Notes: a model not told the origin generated them from the letters alone. Counted from the stretch's first letter, positions 14,966 through 33,893 are shown. The stretch: 64,000 bases of DNA from Eledone cirrhosa (GCA_964016885.1 OZ024741.1:60822001-60886000); one strand, 5' to 3'. Made by a program: numbers and translations.

Positions 14966-15527
14966 AAGAGATATATTCGATATGTCTCATATTAAATAAT
15001 ACAGCCAATTTTCCACGCAATACCTTTAGTTAGCACCCGAACGCATAATCAGGAATATAATCACTTATTTCCTAATGTTTGTTGAGTGAGTTGGAATTTG
15101 GCCGGAGTATCGCTAAAAAGCTTTCTCCGATATATTATTTATTTATTTACTCTTGGTGCAACAGATTAGAAATTCCCGGTATAAGGTTAGACTTTCTTTG
15201 TTTATTTTTTTTATATATGAATATTGATTGTTCCTTATATTTCATTCTGTTATTTTGCCCGAGAAAATATTTGTGTGTGTCATCAAATGTTGTACACACA
15301 TAGATATTTTTTCAATTTCCAATTGAGTTCTAGCACGTGGCCTGAATTCCTTTTAGAGTTCATTTTCATGCGCATGTATTGTTTTTTTACTTCCTCATTT
15401 TTTAATCAGTTTGATCATTTCTTTAGAACTTCTGGACTAGCAACCTGACAGATACCTCAGGCACTGATGATGATTATCCCTAAATACTGATGTTGGTTAG
15501 ATTATCAATATTAGTATTATTGGGGCA

Positions 15528-15654
15528 CCCACTGATGAATTATAGGAGCCCACTTGAATATATATCTATTGATGGTATACAAACTCCTACATAAATTGGT
15601 ATAATTTCACCCAAATTGTAGGAATCGTATAATGAAACGAGACGTCCGTCTGGG
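15528..15654 (+). ncRNA. Type I hammerhead, family C, copy 2
   Basis: Same architecture as copy 1, with one helix II mismatch (cgtataat). Confidence 0.85.
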
Positions 15655-15833
15655 AAGAGATAAATTCGATATGTCTCATATGAAATAATACAGCCAATTT
15701 TCCACGCAATACTTTTAGTTAGCAACCGGAACGCATAATTAGGAATATAATCACTTATTTCCTAATGTTTGTTGAGTTGTTGAGTGAGTTGGAATTTGGC
15801 CGGAGTATCGCTAAAAAGCTTTCTCCGATATTG

Positions 15834-15919
<86 letters not shown>

Positions 15920-16249
15920 GATAGAAGAGAGACATGGTTTGTTATACAAAAAAGGGTTAATCTCATTGCTGACAATTGTTTCTATGAACTGGTGGGTCTA
16001 GAGATCGCTACCCGCTTGTTTTCACGTCATTCCATCACCAATACATAGTTGCAACCAGTCAATTTATCGGAGCTTGTGAGGTGTTAACAACATAGAAATT
16101 ACCGCGTACTCGTAGAATCACTATGGCAACGCCTTGTTGTGTCAAACTTAGGCAAGCGTTGATATCATCCACTACTGGGAGTAACCTAACTGGACTACCT
16201 ATAACAATAATCTGTTACCCCGTATATATATATATGTATATATATTGTA

Positions 16250-16334
<85 letters not shown>

Positions 16335-16684
16335 ATTATATATATATATATATATAATATATATATGTGTTTTATGTTGTGTATGTTTATGCAACGATAT
16401 ATGTGCACATATATACATATATGTATGTACGTATACGTATATACAAGGTATCTGTCAGACGAAGAGCGTCTAACTATGTATCTATGTAAGGACCTGAAGC
16501 CACCAATACATTTACCACACCACCACAAACGCCGCCACCATAGACAAAGGCACCACTACCACACCCCACCCACATGCCAACCCGTCTACTGACAATCCAC
16601 TAACCTCATACCACAGCCCATCCCATTAAATAACCTTAAACACCACCATATCATCACATCCACCCCCGCATATTCTACACGCCA

Positions 16685-17870
16685 TATAACGGAAATAAAA
16701 GACCATGTGACCTCTGCGCCTCTGAGGCCCTGGAAATACTCTACGCCAAAGACCACATGTGAAACAAAATATCTGAGGCAATTTCGGCTTGTAAACATAA
16801 ATTGCACTAAACTTTCCTGTATTACAGCCCCACGTTATACCCTAACGGATAGTACGATCTATACGTGGATATTTTACGTCTTGATGTGGGAGCTAAGTAT
16901 ATCTTTTGTTTATACCATTACTTATTTGCATAGGTAAGTATATATTACCCGTATGTTTCGTGAAGGTACGTATACCTTCTCGTACGTATATTTGATTGTT
17001 TATGTTATGGGGTATAATTTTTTACTATTTTTTTTTTTTTATTCTGGTACATATGGTTTGGCTATACGGGAGTTTTGCGTCTGTGTGAGTATGCAGGTTC
17101 GTACGTAGTAGGGTGTGTGTATATGTGTACTTCATGTTTTGGTTGACTTACTTCTCCGAACATTCGTGTATTTACATGTGGGTATATGTGTGCACTTGTT
17201 ATATACGTATTTCTTTATTTATATACGTTTATATAATTATTTATTTATTTGTTGACACGCATACACGCACACACATATTTATATGTGCGTGGTTTTGTAT
17301 ACCTATGGTAATTGTTTTGCGTATGCTTGTGTATGTACGTATTTTTTTGCGTGTATGTATTTATTTATTTCTATTACTTCTGTATTGTATTTATTTACTT
17401 TGTTCTTAACTCTGTAGCGGAGATTCATTCGGTCACCTAGTTAGAATTTTAGTCTACGACTTCTGCTATACCATTTACGTGGTTTTGTCTTTGCGTGCTA
17501 TTGTTCTCCACGCTCCACATATGACGTATTATCTACGTTTTTTTCGTTCATTGCCAGAGAACGTCTCTATGAACCACCTAAGAGAACATTAGTCTACGAC
17601 CTCTTTTATACCATAAACGTGGTTCTGTCTTTGCGCGTAATTGTTTTTCACCGCTCCTATTAATGACGTATCTTATTCGTTTTTCCCGTTCTTTGCCATC
17701 GAACGTTTCCACGAAACAAAGTATCGTCTTCCTGTCTTCCTCCGGTTGCAACGTTTTTTGAAATATCCACTTCTGCGTTTACAGATTGACTTTGTTAGTT
17801 TCAGAAGATCCCGTTAAGGGTGAAAGCAGCGATTCTTTGCTTAAACTTTAATCTGTTATTTTAATAAATA
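16685..17870 (+). mobile_element. Second copy of the Naiad-like 3' end/pLTR, with the longer 3' UTR
   Basis: Matches 14291-14575 and 14575-14741. It has about 730 extra bp, including a diverged 140-bp tandem pair (about 17451 and 17591). Confidence 0.88.
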
Positions 17871-17970
17871 TATATGTATATATATATATATATGTGTATA
17901 TATATATATGTATATATATGTGTATATATATATGTATGTGTATATATATATATGTGTATATATATATATA

Positions 17971-18013
<43 letters not shown>

Positions 18014-18064
18014 ATATATATATATAAGTCTGTGTATATATATATATGTGTGTATATATATATA

Positions 18065-18111
<47 letters not shown>

Positions 18112-18171
18112 ATATATATATGTATGTATATATATATATATATGCATATATATATATACGTATATATATAC

Positions 18172-18267
<96 letters not shown>

Positions 18268-18269
<2 letters not shown>

Positions 18270-18486
18270 TAGAATTGGAGCTCTGAAATAGCAATATATA
18301 TATGGATGTATATATAATGTATTTTGCAATACACTTTATGCTTAATTAAAAGCATTTTGAAGACCGTATGCTATTGTTTTAGAGTAGTGACAAAGTCACT
18401 TACTTTAATCAAAGCAAACAGGGGAGATAAGCCGACAAGCATAAAGTGTATTGCAAAATACATTATATATACGTCCATATGTATAT
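18268..18486 (-). repeat. Diverged relative of the 310-bp unit, with an inverted repeat of about 50 bp
   Basis: The reverse strand shares 'ggtcttcaaaatg' and 'gctatttcagagc..tccaatt.ctaat' with array A. The arms are 18294-18343 and 18437-18486. Confidence 0.65.
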
Positions 18487-18550
18487 ATATATATAAATGA
18501 AAGTATGTATGTATACGTACATACATATATGTATACAGACGTACAGTAGC

Positions 18551-18684
<134 letters not shown>

Positions 18685-18830
18685 GCACACATATATATAT
18701 GCACGTATCAGTTTACCGAACATTTATTATAATGTTCGCTTTGTTCGTTTGTAAACAAACGAACAGCCTGATTTATGCCGTACAATGTTTAGGCAACCAT
18801 GTCACCTTTTTGTTCAACACTGACACAGTA

Positions 18831-18873
18831 ACGATGTACTAGTTTCAAGCTTGTTAGCTATCGTCAGCACCGT
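18831..18873 (-). ncRNA. Type I hammerhead, family B, intact copy
   Basis: acggtg-CTGACGA-t agct aaca agct t-GAAA-ctag-TA-catcgt. Confidence 0.9.
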
Positions 18874-19106
18874 ATACCTTTCTGCCAAATGGTTGAACGT
18901 CCGAAAGTATATACTTTTCTTATGAAAATTAACGGCTGGGCAGCCTAATTTGCATATCGAGTGAGTTCAGTCGGCCAGGCGCACCGAAAACGATAAATGG
19001 AATAGAATGAAACGAAATTTCATTTCTCACTCTTAGTACGGCACTTACTTAAATGTAAGTATGTATGTATACGTACATACATATATGTATACAGACGTAC
19101 AGTAGC

Positions 19107-19145
<39 letters not shown>

Positions 19146-19294
19146 CAGGCACACATATATATATGCACGTATCAGTTTACCGAACATTTATTATAATTTT
19201 CGCTTTGTTCGTTTGTAAACAAACGAACAGCCTGATTTACGCCTCACAGTGTTTAGGCAACCATGTCACCTTTTTGTTCAACACTGACACAGGA

Positions 19295-19337
19295 ACGATG
19301 TACTAGTTTCAAGCTTCTAAGCTATAGTCAGCACCCT
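19295..19337 (-). ncRNA. Hammerhead family B, core-mutated copy
   Basis: Core reads CTGACTA (G8>T), and there is a helix I mismatch. Confidence 0.7.
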
Positions 19338-19570
19338 ATACCTTTCTGCCAGATGGTTGAACGTCCGAAAGTATATACTTTCCTTATGAAAATTAACGGC
19401 TGAGCAGCATAATTTGCATATCGAGTGAGTTCAGTCGGCCAGGCGCACCGAAAACGATGAATGGAATAGAACGAAACGAAATTTCATTTCTCACTCTTAG
19501 TACGGCACTTACTTAAATGTAAGTATGTATGTATACGTACATACATATATGTATACAGACGTACAGTAGC

Positions 19571-19659
<89 letters not shown>

Positions 19660-19808
19660 CAGGCACACATATATATATGCACGTATCAGTTTACCGAACA
19701 TTTATTATAATGTTCGCTTTGTTCGTTTGTAAACAAACGAACAGTCTGATTTATGCCGTACAGTGTTTAGGCAACCATGTCACCTTTTTGTTCAACACTG
19801 ACACAGGA

Positions 19809-19851
19809 ACGATGTACTACTTTCAAGCTTGTTAGCTATCGTCAGCACCGT
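19809..19851 (-). ncRNA. Hammerhead family B, helix III mutated
   Basis: GAAA-gtag-TA instead of GAAA-ctag-TA. Confidence 0.7.
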
Positions 19852-20084
19852 ATACCTTTCTGCCAGATGGTTGAACGTCCGAAAGTATATACTTTTCTTA
19901 TGAAAAGTAACGGCTAAGCAGCATAATTTGCATATCGAGTGAGTTCAGTCGGCCAGGCGCACCGAAAACGATAAATGGAATAGAATGAAACTAAATTTCA
20001 TTTCTCACTCTTAGTACGGCACTTACTTAAATGTAAGTATGTATGTATACGTACATACATATATGTATACAGACGTACAGTAGC

Positions 20085-20155
<71 letters not shown>

Positions 20156-20312
20156 TATACATACAGGCACACATATATATATGCACGTATCAGTTTACCG
20201 AAAATTTATTATAATGTTCGCTTTGTTCGTTTGTAAACAAACGAACAGCCTGATTTACGCCGTACAGTGTTTAGGCAACCACGTCACCTTTTTGTTCAAC
20301 ACTGACACAGGA

Positions 20313-20354
20313 ACGATGTACTAGTTTCAAACTTGTTAGCTATCGTCAGCACCG

Positions 20355-20355
<1 letters not shown>
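20313..20355 (-). ncRNA. Hammerhead family B, copy 4
   Basis: Core intact; one G-C to G-U change in helix II. Confidence 0.85.
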
Positions 20356-20443
<88 letters not shown>

Positions 20444-20452
20444 TATATATAT

Positions 20453-20567
20453 ACATGCTACTGTACGTCTGTATACATATATGTATGTACGTATACATAC
20501 ATACTTACATTTAAGTAAGTGCCGTACTAAGAGTGAGATATGAAATTTCGTTTCATTCTATTCCATT

Positions 20568-20569
<2 letters not shown>
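20453..20569 (+). repeat. Inverted partial unit of array B
   Basis: Reverse complement of about 19972-20090. Confidence 0.85.
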
Positions 20570-20624
<55 letters not shown>

Positions 20625-20899
20625 GTGTGTGTGTGTGTGTGTGTGTATGTGTGTATATATATATATATGTGTATATATATATATGCGTATATATATATAT
20701 ATATGTGTGTATATATATATATATGTGAATATATATATATGTGTATATATATATATGTGTATATATATATATGTATATATATATGTGTGTTTATATATAT
20801 ATATGTATATATATATATATGTGTATATATATTTATATGTGAATATATATATATATGTGTATATATATATATGTATGTATATATATATATATATATATG

Positions 20900-20994
<95 letters not shown>

Positions 20995-20996
<2 letters not shown>

Positions 20997-21272
20997 AAAG
21001 TTATATTTAAAATTGTTGGGTTACAACTAGTAAATATTTATAACTGATATAAAAGCACTCGACAAATATTTGGAGTATATTTACAATATTAAATAAATGG
21101 AAACTATATTTATAAAACCATATTTATTTCATTATATATATTTCGGGGATATCATATTAACAATATGCTATGCCTTCCTCAGACAAAATACAATATAAAC
21201 AGTTTTATAGATAAATAGATTCGACATACCGTAATAACATCGACTTGCATTTGAAGAGGTTAAGCTGGCAGT
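20995..21272 (-). mobile_element. Short non-coding pLTR-like element (family D) with a hammerhead-like core
   Basis: Near-identical to 33083-33355. The minus strand has CTGAGGA..hairpin..GAAA-tata-TA at about 21135-21187, but helix I is weak. Confidence 0.65.
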
Positions 21273-21448
21273 GAAAAAATTTTACACAGAGAGAAAGAAA
21301 GAGAGAAAAAAAAGAGAGAAAAAAAAAAAGAAAGAAAGACAGAAAACGAAGAAAAGGAAGAAAAATATATATATATATATACGTATATATATATGTCTAT
21401 ATATATATATGTCTATATATATATATATGTATATATATATATGTATAT

Positions 21449-21581
21449 ATATTTATTAAAATAACTGATTAAAGTTTAAGCAAAGAATAGCTGCTTTCAC
21501 CCTTAACGGGATCTTAGATCCCGTTAAGGGTGAAAGCAGCGATTCTTTGCTTAAACTTTAATCTGTTATTTTAATAAATAT
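21449..21581. repeat. Fold-back palindrome of the Naiad-like terminus (arms of about 65 bp, 1-nt spacer at 21515)
   Basis: ...ccttaacgggatct-t-agatcccgttaagg...; the right arm matches 17806-17870. Confidence 0.92.
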
Positions 21582-21748
21582 TTGCTCTACGGTTCTTATA
21601 TATTTGATATATATTTATCTTTATCGAGCCCTCTTTGGATTTTAGTCTTCAAATTTATTATTATTACTATATGTATATATATTTATGTGTATATATATAT
21701 GTATATATATATAAATATGTGTGTGTATATATATATACATATATATAT

Positions 21749-21850
<102 letters not shown>

Positions 21851-22639
21851 CAATATATATATATATATACACACACGCTCATAAAAATATATTGCAATAG
21901 AAACTATTATATGTCAGCTACTACAAGCTTCATGTCTTAATTAGTTCTTAATTAGTCATGCACTCGTATTAAAATTTCAACGGATAGTAATTGTAACATC
22001 TTAGCAAAGTGAAAAGTTGTTCTTCTTTTCACTGTGCAGTATGTGATTTCCTGTTGTGTTTAAGCATTCCACAAATTGTATTCGATGTGTACGCATCATG
22101 TTCAGATAATTTAGACATTCGCTTCGCAATTATTAAGTTCTGATTTTGATTCCTCTCTGTGACATCTTGAGCAAGGGCTATTTACCGTAATTTCGGTTCG
22201 TCCCATGTCTTGTAAGTGAAATTGGATAGACGGTAATTGTTTGAAAGACCGTCAGATGGACTGTAGCAGTAATTCAAAAGACCAGATGTGTCATACACTG
22301 TGTCTTCAAGAGAATTAAGTTATGTGTGCACTGGGGGTGTTTCATTTTGTAAATTATCTCCAAATATCTTATGTCGATTACGCCGCCGTTTGAGTTGATA
22401 ACATATCGAAGAATGCCGAATTATAGATCAATCGAAAAATACTTAAATGTTGCATACTTATATTCTTTTCTTTTATTACTATTTTTTTTACCTGGCCTGT
22501 GGTATATTGCCCAATAATGAAACCACAAGACAGAACGAAATGAAATGAAAATATGCAGGAAGATTACGTTTTAAATACATAATAATATTGGGGGGTAAAG
22601 AGAGAAACACATTTTAAGAACGAAACTTATATCCGGAAA

Positions 22640-23180
22640 CGGACCCCTTTGTCCTCTCGGGGGTATTGTTTCCTTTGCTCTGCAACAATTTTTTGGAGGG
22701 ACTGTTTCTAATATTCATCTTTTGTAGAATCCTTAAAACTCTTTATGAGACAAATACTTCACTCAGCAGTGTTGTTCCTAACTTTCAGATTTTCAACAGG
22801 TGCTTTGATATCATCGTCAGTGCAAAATTGCAAATTGCTTGGGATGATGTCGAGCAGATGGAAAAAGTTGCTTTCTTCGTAACGACAGGATGCCGATAGT
22901 AATATCTCTCCATCCTAATGGAGCACTAACCAGGATCTGCCATTCAGTGGGAAAGCAGATAACGCAATTTCCTGAGCCATTCTCATATTGACTGCTTTTC
23001 GTTCAATAAAGATCACTGAACCAACAAGGAAATGAACTTTGCATTAGAGCCTTATTTTAAACTCATTAACTCCTTGACTTGAATTATTAAAACAAATATC
23101 GAAAATCTCACCTCATCAAGGTGATACCAGATATTTCTTTTTTGTACGAACAATGAAAACAAATCACCGATCAAAAATTA
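22640..23180 (-). pseudogene. Decayed C-terminus of a hAT-like DNA transposase
   Basis: Minus-strand fragments NIWY and VENLKVRNNTAE*SICLIKSF..TKDEY*KQSLQKIVAEQR resemble the recalled HLWY / LKVVND.AERG.KL...TKDE.Q.Q.L..VVE.HR motif. Confidence 0.5.
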
Positions 23181-23620
23181 TTTCTACATAATTAGTTTAA
23201 ATTTATGGTTCATTACTTTTTTAATTAGGATCGTTTAAACAATAGAAACATTTCCTGCATGTACACAAACGAAAAGGAACAAAAAATGCAATCTGCATAC
23301 AATCAATATGCGTTGAAGTAAAATCGTCATTTTTCTTTGTTATAGCATTCAAAAAACACCAAATTGTGCAACCCTTAAATATAACTGTATCTCATATTTT
23401 CGATTGTTTAGATTGTATGTAAACGAAACCAGACTGTAATCGACATGAGGTAATTCCGATAAAAACATTTCCTCCATAAATATGAAACATTCTAGTATAC
23501 ACGTGTTCGTGGAGTGCTCAGCCACATACGTTATTTTACGAGCAGATTATTCCGTCGATCGAACAAGTGGAATACTCATCGCCGAAACAGACGGCGGTTA
23601 ATTGTTAATTCCGTAATAAT

Positions 23621-23796
23621 TGTTTCTATATTTGGCACAAGGCCAGCAATTACCCAGTACGTTACTGGTACTTTATTTTATCGACCCCGTAAAGATGAAA
23701 GACAATGTTAACCTCGGCAGGATTTGAACTCAGATCGTAAGGGGACGTAACTATGTTGGAAAGCATGTCCGACCCTCTACCGATACTGCCAATTCA
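23621..23796 (-). mobile_element. tRNA-derived SINE (octopus-type) with a 10-bp TSD
   Basis: B box gagttcaaatcc and central 'tttcatc....gggtcgataaaataaagtaccagt'. TSD ccgtaataat at 23611-23620 and 23797-23806. Confidence 0.88.
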
Positions 23797-24342
23797 CCGT
23801 AATAATGTTATACACCATCTGTGGTCTGATGGAATGGAACCTGTTTAAATTATTTTTGCTTGGGTATACAGAGAATTAAGTTGAAGACATGTAGAGAAAG
23901 AAAAGTGTTCGGATTTATAACAAACATAAATACCCAAACGTTTATAGTGTGAACATATAGAGGAAAGCTTATTTCATTTATTGCACTACTGTATATTATC
24001 ACTAAGTATATTATCAAACCTCATGATAAGGATGCAAATGTGAATGATAAAATCTCGTAATCCGAGATTAGTAATAAGTAAACGAGATAAGTTACCTCAC
24101 AATTGTATAAATTTGCATTAACGTTAACGTGGCATTGAATAATATGAAGAAAAGGGAAGAATTTGAGTGAAGTAGAATTGTTTTAGATATTCTCAAGTTA
24201 TTTTTATAGGAGGTGGAAACCATAACAGTGAATACAGTATTCAGTGGAAGCGCGTGCGCTTTACACAAGCGCCTGTATGTGTGTGTGTATATATTTATAT
24301 ACATATACATAATTATTTGTATATAGAGATATATACATACAC

Positions 24343-24432
<90 letters not shown>

Positions 24433-24928
24433 ATATATAGATATAGATAGATATATGCATATAGATACATAGATAGATATAGAGATAGATATATATGCAT
24501 ATACGTATTTATAGATAGATAGATATACATACATATTTGTATCTATAGATATACATACACATTTATATATATAGATATATACATACATACACACATATAT
24601 ACATGCGTGTGTGTCTACGTATATATGATTATAAATGTAAACAGATTATTATGCGGTCTAATTATATGTAATTAATTAAATGATTACTGATATTGATGAT
24701 TAACTATTTCTGCACAACAATTTTGTGTAAAATATATATAACAATATACACGGTATTAGATACTATCTTATAGATATTCTCACTATTACTTTAGAATTGA
24801 GTGTAATGGATATATAATTAAAGAGGGTCACCTTTAATCAAAATCTTAACCTTCGAAGTCTTCTTTAATTACCAATTATATACTGAAGAATAATATATCA
24901 GCGAATAATTTGATCGACGGGGTTCCGG

Positions 24929-25366
24929 CAGGGCTGGATTTAATGGGGGCAAAGAGGGCAATTGCCTCGAGTCCCCCGCTGCAGGGGGCAACATCAGCGA
25001 CGACTGTAGTAATATATTTGTACCCTATGTTGGAATGTTCTAGTGTTATCCCTTTCACAACGAGAACTATATTTTTAACAAAATGTATTTAATGTTCTTA
25101 CTGAGGCAAAATTCCTCAAATGTTTTATCTCGGACTGTGACAACTCGTTCAACACATGTTAGTGTGGGAAGTGGACGTAAAATGAGGATGGTTGGATTTT
25201 TAAATTTAATACCTGTATGTATAACTTTTCAATTCCAATTACTTGCCCCAGCCAACTTTGATATGCAAAATTGGAGTTTGATGTGTATTTTTTTTTTTTT
25301 TTTTGTGTTTAAGGGGTCCCCCAAATTTGAAGTGCCCCGGGACCCCAATGTCTAAATCCGGCCTTG
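24929..25366. mobile_element. hAT-type MITE
   Basis: Terminal inverted repeats cagggctggattta / taaatccggccttg. The 8-bp flanks ggttccgg / ggctccag match at 6 of 8 positions. Confidence 0.75.
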
Positions 25367-25759
25367 GGCTCCAGCGATTTCAGCGATGAGTGTTTCTTTT
25401 CATCTATCAAAGGAACAGACTGTTCATGAAATTAATGTGTGACAACATTTCACTTACTCTTAACAAGCTTGATTCATTAATTATAGGTACAGTCCATCCG
25501 ACAAGCTTCCGAACAGTTTACGTCCAGTTTACACCCAGCCTCGCTCATCAGACGTGTGTCAACACGCGGCTATACTAAATAACATTTTCCGAAGATGCCA
25601 CGTATGGGGGTTAAATCTGGGATCTAACTTCGTCATGCTGCATCCAAGATGAACATTTACATTACTACATTAAGTTTCTTTCAATGGCAATAACATGAGT
25701 TACATTTTCACGCGAAGGAGAATAATTATTTTATGATTCAGTGTAATATTAGTGGACTA

Positions 25760-26075
25760 AACATGGCTGAATAGTTAAGGCGTCCGTGTCGCAATCATTA
25801 GGTGCTGGGTTCAGTTTCATATCGTGTCATCTTGTGTATGTGTTATTTACTATATCATTGTATCTACATACAGTCAGCAATATTAAATAGACAGGAACTG
25901 TCGGATGAACCGCATCGATAATTCAAAAGGCTTCTTTTGTCACACAATGTCCTGCAGAATCTCTCTGAATATTACGTTAAGCGTACACATGTCTGTGGAA
26001 TTCTCAACCACCTGTTTATTAATTTCATGAATAGGCTGTTCAGTTGATCATACAGACGGACAACACTCATCAAAA
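25760..26075 (+). mobile_element. Old diverged tRNA-SINE copy
   Basis: tggctgaatagtt..gggttcagtttc head. The body resembles segments at about 22150-22330, 54560-54860, 61800-62170 and 63020-63290. Confidence 0.55.
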
Positions 26076-26345
26076 CATTAAAAAACTTTGTGAAATTTTC
26101 AAAGAGTTAATAACATTTGGGGTTTCTTACAGAAGAAAACTTTCGACGGTTTTCTACACAACAGAAAATCACGCCTTCGAGATTGAAGAGGTGAAACAAA
26201 AATGACATTATTATGTAGCTAGATGTTAAAGAAAATCACGTAGAGTAAACAATTTAAGAATTCTGAATGACTAATTAACCATTAATTAAGACACGAGGCT
26301 TGGAGTAGCTAACGTATAATCAGTAGTTTGTGTTACATTGTGTGC

Positions 26346-27078
<733 letters not shown>

Positions 27079-28292
27079 TAGGGGGGGGGTAGACTAGGGC
27101 TATAACACCCCACTTGCCGATTTTGCAATGGGTAACCCCTGCTTGCCAAGGAAGACGTAAGATCTTCTTTGTATTCTTTTATCGCTTCCTTTATTTCCTT
27201 CCCCCCTCTCTCCTTTGTCCTTCTACCCCAGCTCTTCTCCTTTGTCGGCGTCTTTTCTCGCCCACCCGAGGCTGCCCTTTGGCCCCACGTAGCCTTAGTA
27301 CCCCCATCACCCCCTCCCCTAGTCTATGATAGATTTGGCGGACTCCGCCCTTTATAGCAGTTGGCTTAGACCCCGGATACTTGCCCCCTTTTTCCGACCG
27401 CTCCCACTATTCTCTGTGCCCTCTATATTTCTTAGTGGCACTTATGCCTTATTTTTTCGTTTCAGCATCTCTTGCTTCGCTTTTCTTCTGGGCGGGGTGG
27501 ATTCTGAATTTATTTCTCCGTTTTCTACCTTTATTTCGTACGAACTTTCATGTAGCTTGTCTTAGATCTTTTAGCATTTAGAGTTAGCATTAGTATATAT
27601 TTTTCTCGGGACTCAGAATTACTATCTCGTACAAGTTCACTTTGCTGCACTGGGTCGTTGCTGGCCCGGGATGGAAACCTTTATTGTGTATTTTGTGGTA
27701 GTCTCTTTAGTATTTTGGCCCCTTTTGTTGACCCGTCACCGTATCATTTACGTACTTATACCTCTTAAAAGGGTCCTTGCCTATTCCGTCCCACCTAGTT
27801 CTTTCACTTTTTTCGTTATTTATTTATTTATTTATTTATTTACTTCTTTCTTTCTTTCTTTATTTTATTCTAGCCTAACAATAGCCTGACACCTAGGTCG
27901 TAGAATTTAATTTACTTTACTTTTTTCTTTACACTTATTTGCTTTTCTATATATTTCTACCCCCCATTGTTCTACCTACCGTTCCGACTTCCTCCCCCTC
28001 CCCCTCCCCTGTATCTTCTTTGACCTCATGCCCAGCTGTAGCAGGCACTACCAACGCTTGATTGGGTCTACTCCACCACCTCCCCTCTTTCTCCTACTGG
28101 CAGGTTTAGCCACCATCTCCCCTACTAATTTGCAACCACAGAATTACTACTGATTTTTGACAATCACTTTGACCATATATGGAATTACCCCTTGAGAAGA
28201 TCGGCTATTTAAATACCAGGATAAATTTTCATTTAGTCCAGAATTAGCCGTCGAAACGGCTTGAGCTCAGCTGTCGGGGTCCTACTGGTTCC
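27079..28292 (+). mobile_element. Non-coding 1.2-kb pLTR / non-autonomous PLE-like element (family E) ending in a hammerhead
   Basis: No credible ORF. Flanked by (TA)n. The 3' half recurs at 53337-54084. Confidence 0.8.
28187..28280 (+). ncRNA. Type I hammerhead with U3-A8 core covariation, family E
   Basis: acccc-TTGAGAA-ga(t)cggcta...tagccgtc-GAAA-cggc ttgagctca gctg-TC-ggggt. Confidence 0.85.
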
Positions 28293-29993
<1,701 letters not shown>

Positions 29994-30066
29994 TATGAAA
30001 TGCTGTTCGCTTTTCGCTGCAGTGTTTTATATACCTTTCATTCATATATATAAATATATATACGAT

Positions 30067-31112
<1,046 letters not shown>

Positions 31113-31116
31113 ATAT

Positions 31117-31185
<69 letters not shown>

Positions 31186-31228
31186 TATATACATATATAC
31201 ATATATATATACATATATATATATATAC

Positions 31229-31354
<126 letters not shown>

Positions 31355-31405
31355 ATGTATATATATGTATATATATATAGGTATAAATATATATATATAT
31401 GTATA

Positions 31406-31454
<49 letters not shown>

Positions 31455-31472
31455 GTGTATATATATATATAC

Positions 31473-31545
<73 letters not shown>

Positions 31546-31549
31546 TATA

Positions 31550-32837
<1,288 letters not shown>

Positions 32838-32844
32838 TATATAC

Positions 32845-32876
<32 letters not shown>

Positions 32877-32908
32877 TTATATATACATATATATATACAT
32901 ATATATAA

Positions 32909-32953
<45 letters not shown>

Positions 32954-32960
32954 TATATAC

Positions 32961-33540
<580 letters not shown>

Positions 33541-33639
33541 ATATATATATATATATATATATGTATATACATACGTATATATATATATATGTGTATATAT
33601 ATACGTATATATGTATATATATATATATGTATATATATG

Positions 33640-33729
<90 letters not shown>

Positions 33730-33742
33730 AGTATATATATAC

Positions 33743-33893
<151 letters not shown>

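Larger units (their letters stand above)
14791..15831 (+). repeat. Non-coding element with direct repeats of about 345 bp, period 689 bp, each repeat carrying a hammerhead (retrozyme-like array C)
   Basis: 14791-15133 matches 15480-15831. (TA)n flanks both ends. Confidence 0.9.

Noticed and set aside
15464-15495. Additional CTGATGA motif
   Set aside because: There is no matching helix II, GAAA or helix I partner.
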